Of a stretch of DNA of 64,000 nt, positions 50,081 through 59,101 are shown in pieces. The stretch covers positions 4,355 through 68,354 of the forward strand of contig MGMS01000028.1 of NCBI GenBank assembly GCA_001796515.1, written 5' to 3'. How positions within the stretch are numbered: the stretch's first letter is position 1; every line of letters begins with the position of its first letter. The notes beneath the pieces were generated by a model, which was not told the DNA's origin, did not search any database, and saw only the letters and a list, made by a program, of their open reading frames with translations. The stretch is from Chloroflexi bacterium RBG_13_51_36. GTDB taxonomy: Bacteria; Chloroflexota; Dehalococcoidia; GIF9; AB-539-J10. A program made the position numbers and the translations under genes.

Positions 50081-51376
50081 CTACTGTGCAAATAGTCTAT
50101 CTTCGAGTTTGCTTCTGATTTCCCTGGCAGCAACGGCGCGGCGATAATAGTCCCGTTTCGTCTCTTCGTGGGCCCCACTCTTATTTATGGCCCGGTAGGC
50201 ATTGACCACAGTTCGACATTGGTCAAGCAAGCCCATGTGGATGAGGTTAATGTCCCACATGGGGCGATTGCTGGCCCACCACATCTGGCAACTGTGCTCA
50301 GCCCGGTCCAGAAGTCCCCGGGCAATAGTGGCGGAGCGCCGACTTTCCTCATTATCGGCGCACTCCAGCGCTTTGTTCGTCAAATCAATGCATATGCCCA
50401 GGTGTTCCCACTGAAGCCTGTGCACCTCATTATTCTTGTCTTGCCAAAGAGGGTAATAGTTGGCGACTTTTATGTCATCGGCTGTCGTGCTCCATGAGGA
50501 TGGCTTAGGTTCTACCGCTGGCGCTGAGGGAAAGAGATCAAGAAGTTGGCTGACCGTGACCATCTGGATTTTGCCGGCAGTTTCGCCATTCGCCAACAAA
50601 GCGGTATGTTGTCCAGCCAGGACATTAGCTTGCTTAACCTCTTCAAGGGGTTCTGCAGCCGATTCTAGCTCCTCGTAAACCTTAGCCAAGAATATCCTCT
50701 CCCACCCCTGGATGTGGTGGCCGTAAGTTTCAGCATCCATAGCCGTGACCACATAAATATTCTCTCTGTTACCCTGCCACTGTTCCAGGTGGGCAATGAA
50801 CTCCTTGGCTCCCAGGGCTTGGAAGCTTATCCTATTGCTGAGCACATCATCGCGGAAGAACACCGCTATGTCCTGCCCATGACACTCTGCTCTGTAAATG
50901 ATATCCATAGGCCACTGTGAGGGGCAGGCGATGCCGCTCACGACAATCCAGCGATAACCTGACTTGGTGACGGGCTGGAGGATGTCCTTGCTGTAGCACA
51001 TCTCTGGGGGGAAAAATCCTTGAGGAGCGTAGGACCTACCGAAGAAGCGGCCATTGGTTTGCGCGTTTAAGTTTATCTGTCTTTCTACTTCCTCTCTGGG
51101 TATCAAGGGCAGAATAGGGTGGTACTTGCCGGTTCCGGTGAATTCAAGCTGACCACTCTCGGCGAGGCTTCTCAAGCCATCGATTACATCTCTGTGGCCA
51201 CAGTCTATCAGCATGTCTGTCAGGACCCCATTGAAGTTTATGGTTAACCTGGCGTTCGGATACTCTTCAAAAACGTGGATCAAGGGACGATAAGATTCGT
51301 TGCATATCTTCCGTAGCACCGATGGTACTTGGGTCGGTGGCTGATAGAAATGCAGCAACTGAGCCCAATAGATCAT
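50081..51376 (-). CDS. glycoside hydrolase family 57 protein (alpha-glucan-active; amylopullulanase/branching-enzyme-like)
   Basis: N-terminal LHFYQPP motif characteristic of GH57 and TAMDAETYGHH in the catalytic region. A GGGAGG ribosome-binding site lies upstream. Confidence 0.8.
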   Translation of the reverse strand: MIYWAQLLHFYQPPTQVPSVLRKICNESYRPLIHVFEEYPNARLTINFNGVLTDMLIDCGHRDVIDGLRSLAESGQLEFTGTGKYHPILPLIPREEVERQINLNAQTNGRFFGRSYAPQGFFPPEMCYSKDILQPVTKSGYRWIVVSGIACPSQWPMDIIYRAECHGQDIAVFFRDDVLSNRISFQALGAKEFIAHLEQWQGNRENIYVVTAMDAETYGHHIQGWERIFLAKVYEELESAAEPLEEVKQANVLAGQHTALLANGETAGKIQMVTVSQLLDLFPSAPAVEPKPSSWSTTADDIKVANYYPLWQDKNNEVHRLQWEHLGICIDLTNKALECADNEESRRSATIARGLLDRAEHSCQMWWASNRPMWDINLIHMGLLDQCRTVVNAYRAINKSGAHEETKRDYYRRAVAAREIRSKLEDRLFAQ

Positions 51377-51544
51377 GTATACCTCCCGGCAAAAATATTG
51401 TCTGTGTGTTTCAAGGAAGGTGAAAAATCCTGGTTATTCTAGCATATGTAGTCGACCACATAAATGTCATTCGAATCTTAACCGCCGTTGTGAGAGATGG
51501 GAGTTGCCAAGCAGTACGAGTGGCATGTTGTGGCTGAATATTGA

Positions 51545-51568
51545 CAGGCCCCGATGAGTCGGGGCCTG
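51545..51568 (-). terminator. putative terminator hairpin downstream of the RCC1-repeat lipoprotein gene
   Basis: Perfect 10-bp stem CAGGCCCCGA-tgag-TCGGGGCCTG, 55 nt past the stop. Flanking U-tracts are weak on both strands. Confidence 0.45.
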
Positions 51569-51622
51569 TAATGACAATGTACCCTTACCCCCGTCTCTGA
51601 TGGCGGAGGTATGAGAGAAAAC

Positions 51623-53263
51623 TCAATTCAGATTCCACTCATTCACACTGCACTGCCCGTCGGTGTTGAATCCTGTGGCGACGACAGCCGCGTCAGATTC
51701 GAGCCCTACCGTGTGATAATAGCCTGCGGTAACCTGGACAATGTCTGCCCACGCGTCGACATTGCACTGTCCGCTGTTGTTGAGTCCCACAGCGACCACG
51801 GTGCCATCGGACTTGAGTCCTACGGTGTGATAGTAGCCTGCGGAGACTTGCGTGATGTTTTCCCAGCTACCGACACTGCATTGTCCGAAGTCATTCCATC
51901 CGACGGCGACCACGGTGCCGTCAGTCTTAAGCCCCAAGGTATGATATCCGCCTGCGGCAACCTGCGTGATGTTTTCCCAGCCGTCGACGCTGCACTGCCC
52001 GAAGTAGTCATCACCCATGGCGACCACTGTCCCGTCGGACTTGAGCCCCAGGGTATGTCTATAGCCTGCCGCGACCTGGACGATGTCATACCATTCATCT
52101 ACATCACACTGTCCGTAGCCATTGTCTCCCACGGCAACTACCCTACCGTCAGACTTGAGCCCTACGGTATGCCTATAGCCTGCAGTGACTTGAACGATGT
52201 CCGTCCAGTTACCGACATTGCACTGTCCGTAGTTGTTGAGTCCAACGGCGACCACCGTGCCATCGGTCTTAAGCCCGACGCTATGATATCCGCCTGCAGC
52301 GACGTTGATAGTGTTCTCCCAGCCATCGACATCGCACTGTCCGCTGGTGTTGAGTCCAGTAGCCACCACCGTGCCATCAAACTTGAGTCCCACAGTGTGA
52401 TACCCGCCTGTGGCAACCATCGGGTCGACTTCGAAGTTGGCCGTGACGGTCACAGCTTGACCGGGCATGGTGAATGTAGTCTCCACTGCATTCGCATCAC
52501 TGAATATGCCTGCTGGTGCCGTCCAGTTGACGAAATGATAGCCTTGGCTGGCTTCCGCTTGAATATTGACTACAGTTCCTTCCGCATAAGGTGACCCATC
52601 GGTCATGTCGATCGCTGTGCCGCTACCCATGGGAGATACTGCCATGGTAAGTTCGTAGGTCGGTATCAGTTCGAAATTGGCGGTGACAGTTACAGCTTGA
52701 CCGGGCATGGTGAAAGTAGTCTGTGTTTCATCTGTATTGCCGAACACACCGGCTGGCGCTGTCCAATTAACAAATCCGTAACCTAAGTTGGCTACGGCTT
52801 CTATACTGATCAAAACTCCTTCCTGGTAAGGGCCGGCATTCGTTTCATCGGTTGCCGTTCCGCTGTCGAGGGGAGACAGAGCCATGGTCAATTCGTAAGT
52901 TGGCACCGGCGTCAATTCCTGAAAGATGGCAGAGATTTCGTAATCGTCTTGCATGTCGATGACAGTCACGGGACTCATGACACCCGCTACGGGTTCACCC
53001 AGCCACTGAACAAACTCGAACTCCTCACTCGGGCTGGCCGCGAGGTTGACATCTGTACCCGCAGCAATATCGAATATGATCTCCATCTCACCCGGACCGA
53101 TCGCCGTCTCTTCTCCATTGACTGTGACGGTAACTGAACCTCCAGCAGTGCTGGAGATACTGAGGGCGTATGGAACAGGTTCCTCAGGTGCGGGAGTAGA
53201 TCCACAGCCTATCACCCCGGCAATCAAGGCTGCCATAATCAAAAAGATACCAATTCTTTTCAT
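51623..53263 (-). CDS. secreted/lipoprotein with two tandem Ig-like 'bacterial repeat' domains and a C-terminal RCC1-type beta-propeller
   Basis: Lipoprotein-like signal MKRIGIFLIMAALIAGVIGC. Two ~82-aa repeats follow (YELTMA[LV]SP..SGTA.D...G.Y.EG....I.A.A..GY.FVNWTAPAG.F......TTFTMPGQAVTVTANFE). Six or more RCC1 blades come next (GYHTVGLKSDGTVVAVG.N..GQC.V..W). A GGAGGAGG ribosome-binding site lies upstream. Confidence 0.8.
   Translation of the reverse strand: MKRIGIFLIMAALIAGVIGCGSTPAPEEPVPYALSISSTAGGSVTVTVNGEETAIGPGEMEIIFDIAAGTDVNLAASPSEEFEFVQWLGEPVAGVMSPVTVIDMQDDYEISAIFQELTPVPTYELTMALSPLDSGTATDETNAGPYQEGVLISIEAVANLGYGFVNWTAPAGVFGNTDETQTTFTMPGQAVTVTANFELIPTYELTMAVSPMGSGTAIDMTDGSPYAEGTVVNIQAEASQGYHFVNWTAPAGIFSDANAVETTFTMPGQAVTVTANFEVDPMVATGGYHTVGLKFDGTVVATGLNTSGQCDVDGWENTINVAAGGYHSVGLKTDGTVVAVGLNNYGQCNVGNWTDIVQVTAGYRHTVGLKSDGRVVAVGDNGYGQCDVDEWYDIVQVAAGYRHTLGLKSDGTVVAMGDDYFGQCSVDGWENITQVAAGGYHTLGLKTDGTVVAVGWNDFGQCSVGSWENITQVSAGYYHTVGLKSDGTVVAVGLNNSGQCNVDAWADIVQVTAGYYHTVGLESDAAVVATGFNTDGQCSVNEWNLN
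52431..52922 (-). repeat. two tandem ~246-bp intragenic repeats encoding the duplicated Ig-like domains
   Basis: Copy 1 at 52431-52676 and copy 2 at 52677-52922 align at roughly 75% nucleotide identity (ggtgacggtcacagcttgaccgggcatggtgaa... versus ggtgacagttacagcttgaccgggcatggtgaa...). Confidence 0.5.
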
Positions 53264-53372
53264 ACAATTCCTCCTCCGTTCTTGTTCATATTTCTTCTCC
53301 TTTGTTAAATTTCACAAGATCCAATCTCGACAATATTTGACTATATTAAATATAGCAGAGCTTCGTTTAGCG

Positions 53373-54365
53373 TCAATCGCCCATCAGTAATAGGAATCCA
53401 GTACCATTTGACCACACACTCCCGAACTCATTAAGGAATGATGTAGAACGACACGCTGCGACCCTCTTCTCTCGAACCAGAACAGGCAAATGCTCGTCGG
53501 TGCTGCCAGACGCGAGACCTACTGCGTGATAGTAACGTGCAGACACCTGAACGATGTCTGTCCAGCCAGTGACATTGCACTGACCGGAGTCATTCCACTC
53601 CACCGCACCTACGGTGCCGTCCAGCTAACAAGCCGGTAACCTGGGCTAGCTACTGCCTTAATGCTGACTAAGGCCCCTTGCGGGTAAGGGCCAGCGTTCA
53701 TTTCATCGGTTGCCGTTCCTCAACCGGGGGATATGCAGCCATGGTAGGTTCGTAAGTCAGAGTGGTACTATCTCAAAATTGGCGGTGACGGTTACAGTTT
53801 GGCCGGGCATGATGAAGGTAGTCTCCGCTGCATCCGCATTACCGAATACACCGGCTGGCGCTGTCCAATTAACAAACCCGTAACCTAAGTTGGCTACGGC
53901 TTCTATACTGATCAAAACTCCTTCCTGGTAAGGGCCGGCATTCGTTTCATCGGTGGCCGTTCCACTGTTGAGAGGAGACACAGCCATGCTCAATTCGTAA
54001 GTCGGCACCGGTGTCAATTCCTGAAAGACAGCAAAGATTCTGTAATCATCCTGCATGTGGATGGTAGTCACCAGACTGTCGACATATTGTATCGGTTCAC
54101 CTAGCCACTCGACAAACCCATACTCCTCACTGGGACTGGCCGCCAGCTCGACATCTGTACCTGCGGGAATATCAAGTATGGTCTCCGTCTCACCCGGACC
54201 AATCACCGTCTCTTTTTCATCAACCGTGACGGTAACCGAACCTCCAGCAGTGCTGGAGACGTCGAGGGCGTACACAAGGGGTGTAGCAGTATCAAGAGCG
54301 GACCCACAGGCCATCATCCCTACAACCAAGGCTACCATAATCAAAAACATGTTAAATCTTTTCAT
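53373..54365 (-). pseudogene. decayed tandem paralog of the RCC1-repeat lipoprotein (signal peptide + two Ig-like domains intact, propeller lost)
   Basis: ORF 53757..54365 (MKRFNMFLIMVALVVGMMACGS...) is ~80% identical to the N-terminal 200 aa of the 51623..53263 protein. A frameshifted copy of the repeat follows at 53620-53760, then a single RCC1 blade remnant (53373..53603). The upstream regions of both copies are also homologous. Confidence 0.55.
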
Positions 54366-54804
54366 ATCATTCTCCTCATTTCTCGTGCATGTTTCTTCTA
54401 ACGTCGCAAATCCTTCGAGACCCAATCTCTAATGAATTTGGACTATATCAAGTATGGCACAGCCTTGCTTGGCGTCAATCACCCATCGGTAGGGCGTACT
54501 TCGGTTTTGTTTACGGCCCCTTCTTTGAGTCCGTTAAGTGACGATGTAATGCAACATTGCATATACCATCGCCTGTGGCGGAGAAGCGAATCTTCACCCA
54601 CACGCTTAATGTCATTTCCAGCCCCGACAGGTGGCAAATCGACAGCCGCGTAGTCTTCCTGCCGACGTTGCTCCATCATTTTGATCTCAGCAGCGACAGA
54701 GAGAAAGCCAAACAAGCTGAATGACCGTATTGTTAAACAACAGCAGGCTCAAAACTATCGAACAACTTCCGGGTCTTTAGAAAAATCGAAACGCGAGAGT
54801 CAGG

Positions 54805-56478
54805 CTAACTTATCCTGCCAAACTCTTTCTCCAGTTGATGAGAACTCAAGTGAATCATGGTCGGTCTGCCATGAGGACAGGCGCGAGGTTGCTTCGTTTG
54901 TTCTAGCTGCTTCGTCAGCTCCCGCATCTCTTCATTGGTTAGCTGCTGTCCCGCCCTGACAGCGCCATGGCAAGCCAAGGATTCAGCTATCTTCTCTTCC
55001 CAGGGAGTGAGACTTTCCTTGCTGGCAAGGCTATCAAGAAGTGCAGTTATTATCTCAATAACATTGGCGCCAGCCATCAGCGCAGGTATGGCACGTACCA
55101 AATGGCTCCTATTTCCAAAAGGCTCGATAGCGAAGCCAAACTCAGCCAGAGACTCTTTACTAGTTCTCAGGGTCTCTTCTTCTCTGGGGCTAAACTCCAT
55201 AGTTATGGGTTGGAGCAAGCCCTGGATTTCAACTGTCTTTTGTGACCACTGCGCCAAGATTCGATCGTAAAGTATGCGCTCATGAGCGGCATGCTGGTCA
55301 ATGAGGTATAGTCCATCAGGTCCCTCGGCGATGATATAAGTGTTGGCTAGCTGACCCAGCACTCGCAAAAGCGGCAGTTCTATCGTCGGCAACTGGGAGA
55401 CGGCAAAAACCGGCTCGTTATCCATTATCATGCGGGGACTCTGCCACTGCCCTGAACCGCCCGAGAAAGGCACCGTTTTTTGGGTAGCTATAGATGTTTT
55501 GCCTAATGCCTTGTCTATGGCTTCCCTTACCACAGTGAAGACGGGTTGGTCCTGGCAAAACTTTATCTGGGCTTTGGCAGGATGAATGTTGACATCAAGC
55601 TGTTGAGGCGGCACGGAGACATTGATTACAACGATGGGATGCTGGCCGTCCATGAGTAAACCATGATAGGCTTCCTCCGCGGCCCGCGTTAGCAAAGGAG
55701 TGTGCACCCATCTGCGGTTGACGAAGAAGGTAAGGTAGTTGCGATTCGATCTAGCCAAAGAAGGCGGGCTTGTCAGGCCACTCACTTTAGCCAGACCGTC
55801 CTTTTGTTCCACCTTTAGCATCCTTTGAGCTAGCTCGAGACCATGTATCTTGCTTACTACCTCGCGCAGGTCCGCATTGCCTGTAGTCTGCAGGCTAACG
55901 CGTTTGTCAAGGACCAGGCTAAATCTCACCTCGGGGAAAGCCAGAGCATACTGACTTACTAAATGGGCAATGTGACTATTCTCGGTATTTGCTGACTTGA
56001 GAAACTTAAGTCGCGCCGGGAAATAGCGGAATAGGCGATGGACGGTTACGGTAGTACCCTGCGATCTGGCGCGGCTCTCGTTGCGAACTACCTCGCCGTT
56101 TCTCAAACACATGTAGCTGCCCACAGTCTCCGAAGATGTTTGCGTGAAGATTTCCACTTCAGCGACAGCGGCTATGCTGGGCAATGCTTCGCCTCGAAAG
56201 CCAAGGCTGGAGATTTTCTCCAAATCGTTCAGGTTATTGATCTTGCTCGTGGCATATCGGTGAAAGGCAAGGTCTAACTCCGATGCTGGAATACCCACTC
56301 CGTTATCGCTCACCTTGATTAGCTCCACCCCACCGCCTTGGGCTTCTACTGCAATTTGGGTAGCTGCAGCGTCCAGGGAATTTTCTACGAGCTCCTTGAC
56401 CACTGAGGCCGGCCTCTCGACCACCTCCCCCGCAGCAATCTTGGAGACTACGTCGGTTGCTAAAACCTTGATCGGCAT
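54805..56478 (-). CDS. mutL: DNA mismatch repair protein MutL
   Basis: GHKL ATPase N-terminus IAAGEVVERPASVVKELVENSLDA and a C-terminal dimerisation domain. 557 aa. Confidence 0.9.
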   Translation of the reverse strand: MPIKVLATDVVSKIAAGEVVERPASVVKELVENSLDAAATQIAVEAQGGGVELIKVSDNGVGIPASELDLAFHRYATSKINNLNDLEKISSLGFRGEALPSIAAVAEVEIFTQTSSETVGSYMCLRNGEVVRNESRARSQGTTVTVHRLFRYFPARLKFLKSANTENSHIAHLVSQYALAFPEVRFSLVLDKRVSLQTTGNADLREVVSKIHGLELAQRMLKVEQKDGLAKVSGLTSPPSLARSNRNYLTFFVNRRWVHTPLLTRAAEEAYHGLLMDGQHPIVVINVSVPPQQLDVNIHPAKAQIKFCQDQPVFTVVREAIDKALGKTSIATQKTVPFSGGSGQWQSPRMIMDNEPVFAVSQLPTIELPLLRVLGQLANTYIIAEGPDGLYLIDQHAAHERILYDRILAQWSQKTVEIQGLLQPITMEFSPREEETLRTSKESLAEFGFAIEPFGNRSHLVRAIPALMAGANVIEIITALLDSLASKESLTPWEEKIAESLACHGAVRAGQQLTNEEMRELTKQLEQTKQPRACPHGRPTMIHLSSHQLEKEFGRIS

Positions 56479-56559
56479 CTACGTTTCAGTTTACACGGTT
56501 GCGGGTAGTGGGTCAATTTCATTTTCTATCTAATCATTCGGAAATGATAGAATTAAAAC

Positions 56560-57327
56560 ATGAAATTGGCCAGAATAATCTTCTATAAAGGAGTTAGGAT
56601 TGCTAGTTTTATAGTGGGGGCATTCGGCTTTGCCTTTAACGCTGTTGGTGGGAATTGGCATAGTATATCGTCTAACAACTGGGGGAAGACAGGGGTAATC
56701 GCTTTTGGTGTGTTTGCTATCTTAACACTAGTGAAGGAAATTGATTTGATGTGGCAGCATAAACCTAATATCGTAGTAATACCAGAGATTCACGATGGTA
56801 GAGCCACGTTAGTGGTTAAAAACACTGGTGGCGTGGCGGGCGATTTTACTGCTAAGGCAAGGGTAACAGCGTGTAGACCAGAGGCAGCATTGTATTCCAT
56901 GTGCTGGGAATCATTGTCCGATGCTAGTTGCCATACAGATGGCGATGGTGGCACAGCTTCGATTCTTGTTGCCGAAAAATCAAGAGCAAGGCAAAAGACC
57001 GATGACATTGACACCACTTTCTTCGAGGGAGACCTTGTGTTGTTTAGGATAGGGCAATCGGGGGTAGAGAGATTCCCCACCTTCTCGCAGAAATCTTGGA
57101 AAACCATAAAAGGCGAGAAAGAGATTATGACATACACCCTTACGGAAAGATGTATTCTAGACGTTACGATTACCGCAACGCCAACACTAAAGAACAAGTG
57201 GGAAGGGCAGAAATACCTCTGCGAGATAGAAAAGGGACGTTTGGCTTTATCTAAGACTAGATTATCAAGCCCTCATGTCAGTGGTCAGCCTGACGATTTC
57301 CCCGATATTCCAGATATGGTTGTCTAG
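56560..57327 (+). CDS. hypothetical membrane protein (2 N-terminal TM helices + ~190-aa soluble domain), low GC
   Basis: Region is about 40% GC, against about 53% for the rest of the window. No recognisable motifs. The last ~35 codons overlap the 3' end of the IS1 transposase gene on the opposite strand, so the C-terminus is probably IS-derived. Confidence 0.5.
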   Translation: MKLARIIFYKGVRIASFIVGAFGFAFNAVGGNWHSISSNNWGKTGVIAFGVFAILTLVKEIDLMWQHKPNIVVIPEIHDGRATLVVKNTGGVAGDFTAKARVTACRPEAALYSMCWESLSDASCHTDGDGGTASILVAEKSRARQKTDDIDTTFFEGDLVLFRIGQSGVERFPTFSQKSWKTIKGEKEIMTYTLTERCILDVTITATPTLKNKWEGQKYLCEIEKGRLALSKTRLSSPHVSGQPDDFPDIPDMVV

Positions 57328-58130
57328 GCCTGCTGCCATAGCGGGCGATTTGGGATATGGACTCGTGAGTGTCTTATGTGGTCTGGCAAAGTTATAATAC
57401 ATAAAGTGGAGAGCTACGGCATATTCTAGATTCTCCACCTTCTTCGAGAACGCATTGGTTAATCTTGTAAATCGCCTCATGCTCATTCGCATAGTCAGAT
57501 TTTGCCGTTCTACATAGCTTGTTGAAACCTTTCTCATATCTGGAGAGCCATTGATAGGTTTTGTCTGTGTGCTAGTACACTTTGGCGGACTATAGTGTCC
57601 AAACTTATCCTGATCAATGCCATAGTATTTGACCAGCATAGCGTAATCTATATCATCGCCAAAGGTACGTCTTACCGCTTCATAGTACATTCTGTGTCCG
57701 TCGGTAGTAAGTTGCACACGATTTGAAAGGCGTTCCTTAATATCCCTGAAAAACTCGCAGGCACATTCGGGATTTCGTAGACCTACAAGCCAGCTTACAA
57801 CTAGTTTTGTATCGGCATCAATCGCTACAAATGTCCAAACATCGCCATATCCAAATTGGTTCTGTTTGTCTTGAGGCACATTCTTTGCCTTCGCATAGCA
57901 GAATGACCAGATTTCGTCACATTCTATCCTTTGACAAGATAGATTCCTTAGAGTCTTATCCTGGTATTCAGCACAAACCTTACCAACATCACGCAATAGC
58001 CTGATGACTGTGCCTTTCGCTGTATTTGTTATCCTGCAAGTGGCACGTATTGAGTTCCCTTCGACAAGTGCTTTTATCACTTGGGTTTTACGCTCCAGAC
58101 TTAACTTGTTCATTATCCTATCCCCTTTCT
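57216..58130 (-). mobile_element. putative IS1-family insertion sequence (boundaries tentative)
   Basis: Imperfect terminal inverted repeat: ATAGAAAAGGGAC at about 57219 pairs with the reverse complement of ATCCCCTTTCTAT at about 58110. No target-site duplication could be identified. Confidence 0.4.
57265..58113 (-). CDS. IS1-family DDE transposase (single-ORF InsAB-like)
   Basis: CDEIWSF...AIDADTK...TTDGHRMYYEA and the C-terminal VERQNLTMR...AFSKKVEN block align with IS1 InsB ([46 protein letters not shown]). A PAMAAGL tail is present. Confidence 0.8.
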   Translation of the reverse strand: MNKLSLERKTQVIKALVEGNSIRATCRITNTAKGTVIRLLRDVGKVCAEYQDKTLRNLSCQRIECDEIWSFCYAKAKNVPQDKQNQFGYGDVWTFVAIDADTKLVVSWLVGLRNPECACEFFRDIKERLSNRVQLTTDGHRMYYEAVRRTFGDDIDYAMLVKYYGIDQDKFGHYSPPKCTSTQTKPINGSPDMRKVSTSYVERQNLTMRMSMRRFTRLTNAFSKKVENLEYAVALHFMYYNFARPHKTLTSPYPKSPAMAAGLDNHIWNIGEIVRLTTDMRA

Positions 58131-58205
58131 ATTTGATTATATTATACATGACCGCTCAAGCATTGTCAAGGGGTTTGAGGATAATTAGGGAGGAATTATT
58201 TTGAT

Positions 58206-58793
58206 ATGTATGATATAATTAGAGAAGAAGAATCAAAGACCTTATGGGAGATAATTATGGATAATGCTGAATCTACCTCTAACGATTTGAGCACGAAACT
58301 GCGACAGCGAATTACTGAATATCTCACAAGTGAAGGTTGGAGAGTCGGTGGCGCAAGATACCCGCAAGGTACTCAATGGGTAATTGATGCTAACGATGGT
58401 AAGGGAAGGCCTATTACTATTTATCAAGAATCAACCCCATTGAGAATAGTAGAGCGGATACTGATTATAACTGCTCTAAAATTGGGTGATGAGCATCAAG
58501 AGAAATATGCAGACCTTGGCATTGAAGATAGGCGTGATTTGATTTATGACCTAAGGCAACATCTTATACTTTTAGGCATAGGATATGGAGGGCTTATAGA
58601 CCCATTAACAGAAATGTTGTTTGAGGATATAATTTATCTAGATGAGTTGTCTAAGGGAGGATTCCTGAAGTCTGTCAGAAAAGTTCGGGACGCAAGTATT
58701 TTAGTTGCTACGATTATAGCTAGAAGATTTAACGAACCGCCTCCCGCCGAACCGCCAAGACCTGCGCTGGGCTTCCAATTGCCAGAGAAATAG
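58206..58793 (+). CDS. hypothetical protein (195 aa), low GC
   Basis: A GGGAGG ribosome-binding site lies upstream. About 38% GC. Pro-rich C-terminal tail. No recognisable motifs. Confidence 0.5.
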   Translation: MYDIIREEESKTLWEIIMDNAESTSNDLSTKLRQRITEYLTSEGWRVGGARYPQGTQWVIDANDGKGRPITIYQESTPLRIVERILIITALKLGDEHQEKYADLGIEDRRDLIYDLRQHLILLGIGYGGLIDPLTEMLFEDIIYLDELSKGGFLKSVRKVRDASILVATIIARRFNEPPPAEPPRPALGFQLPEK

Positions 58794-59012
58794 CTATATT
58801 TCTTTACTCCACCTAGCCCTAGCTGCTTTACTTGCTATTTCCTTGCGTTGTTCATTAGTAAGACTTTTAGCTCTAGCCTTACCACCTTTTAAGCCACCAA
58901 GTCTGCCAAGTGTTACAGCAGCAGGGTTTTTGACAACCTGAGCCTCATCAATAACTTGCCCAACAACATTAGCAGCTATTACATTTATATCTTTACTTGA
59001 CCGCTTAGGCAT
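58794..59012 (-). CDS. hypothetical small basic protein with KGG-type C-terminal motif
   Basis: 72 aa. GRLGGLKGGKARAKSLTNEQRKEIASKAARARW resembles a widespread motif (GGKARA...ERR.EIA.KAA.ARW) of unknown function. Low GC. Confidence 0.4.
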   Translation of the reverse strand: MPKRSSKDINVIAANVVGQVIDEAQVVKNPAAVTLGRLGGLKGGKARAKSLTNEQRKEIASKAARARWSKEI

Positions 59013-59101
59013 ACTTTAATTGTAGCATATTATACTAAGCTGTCAAGGTTTTGGAATTTCAAATTGACCCACTACCCGGTTGCGTGTATCTTGTCAATAG
59101 G

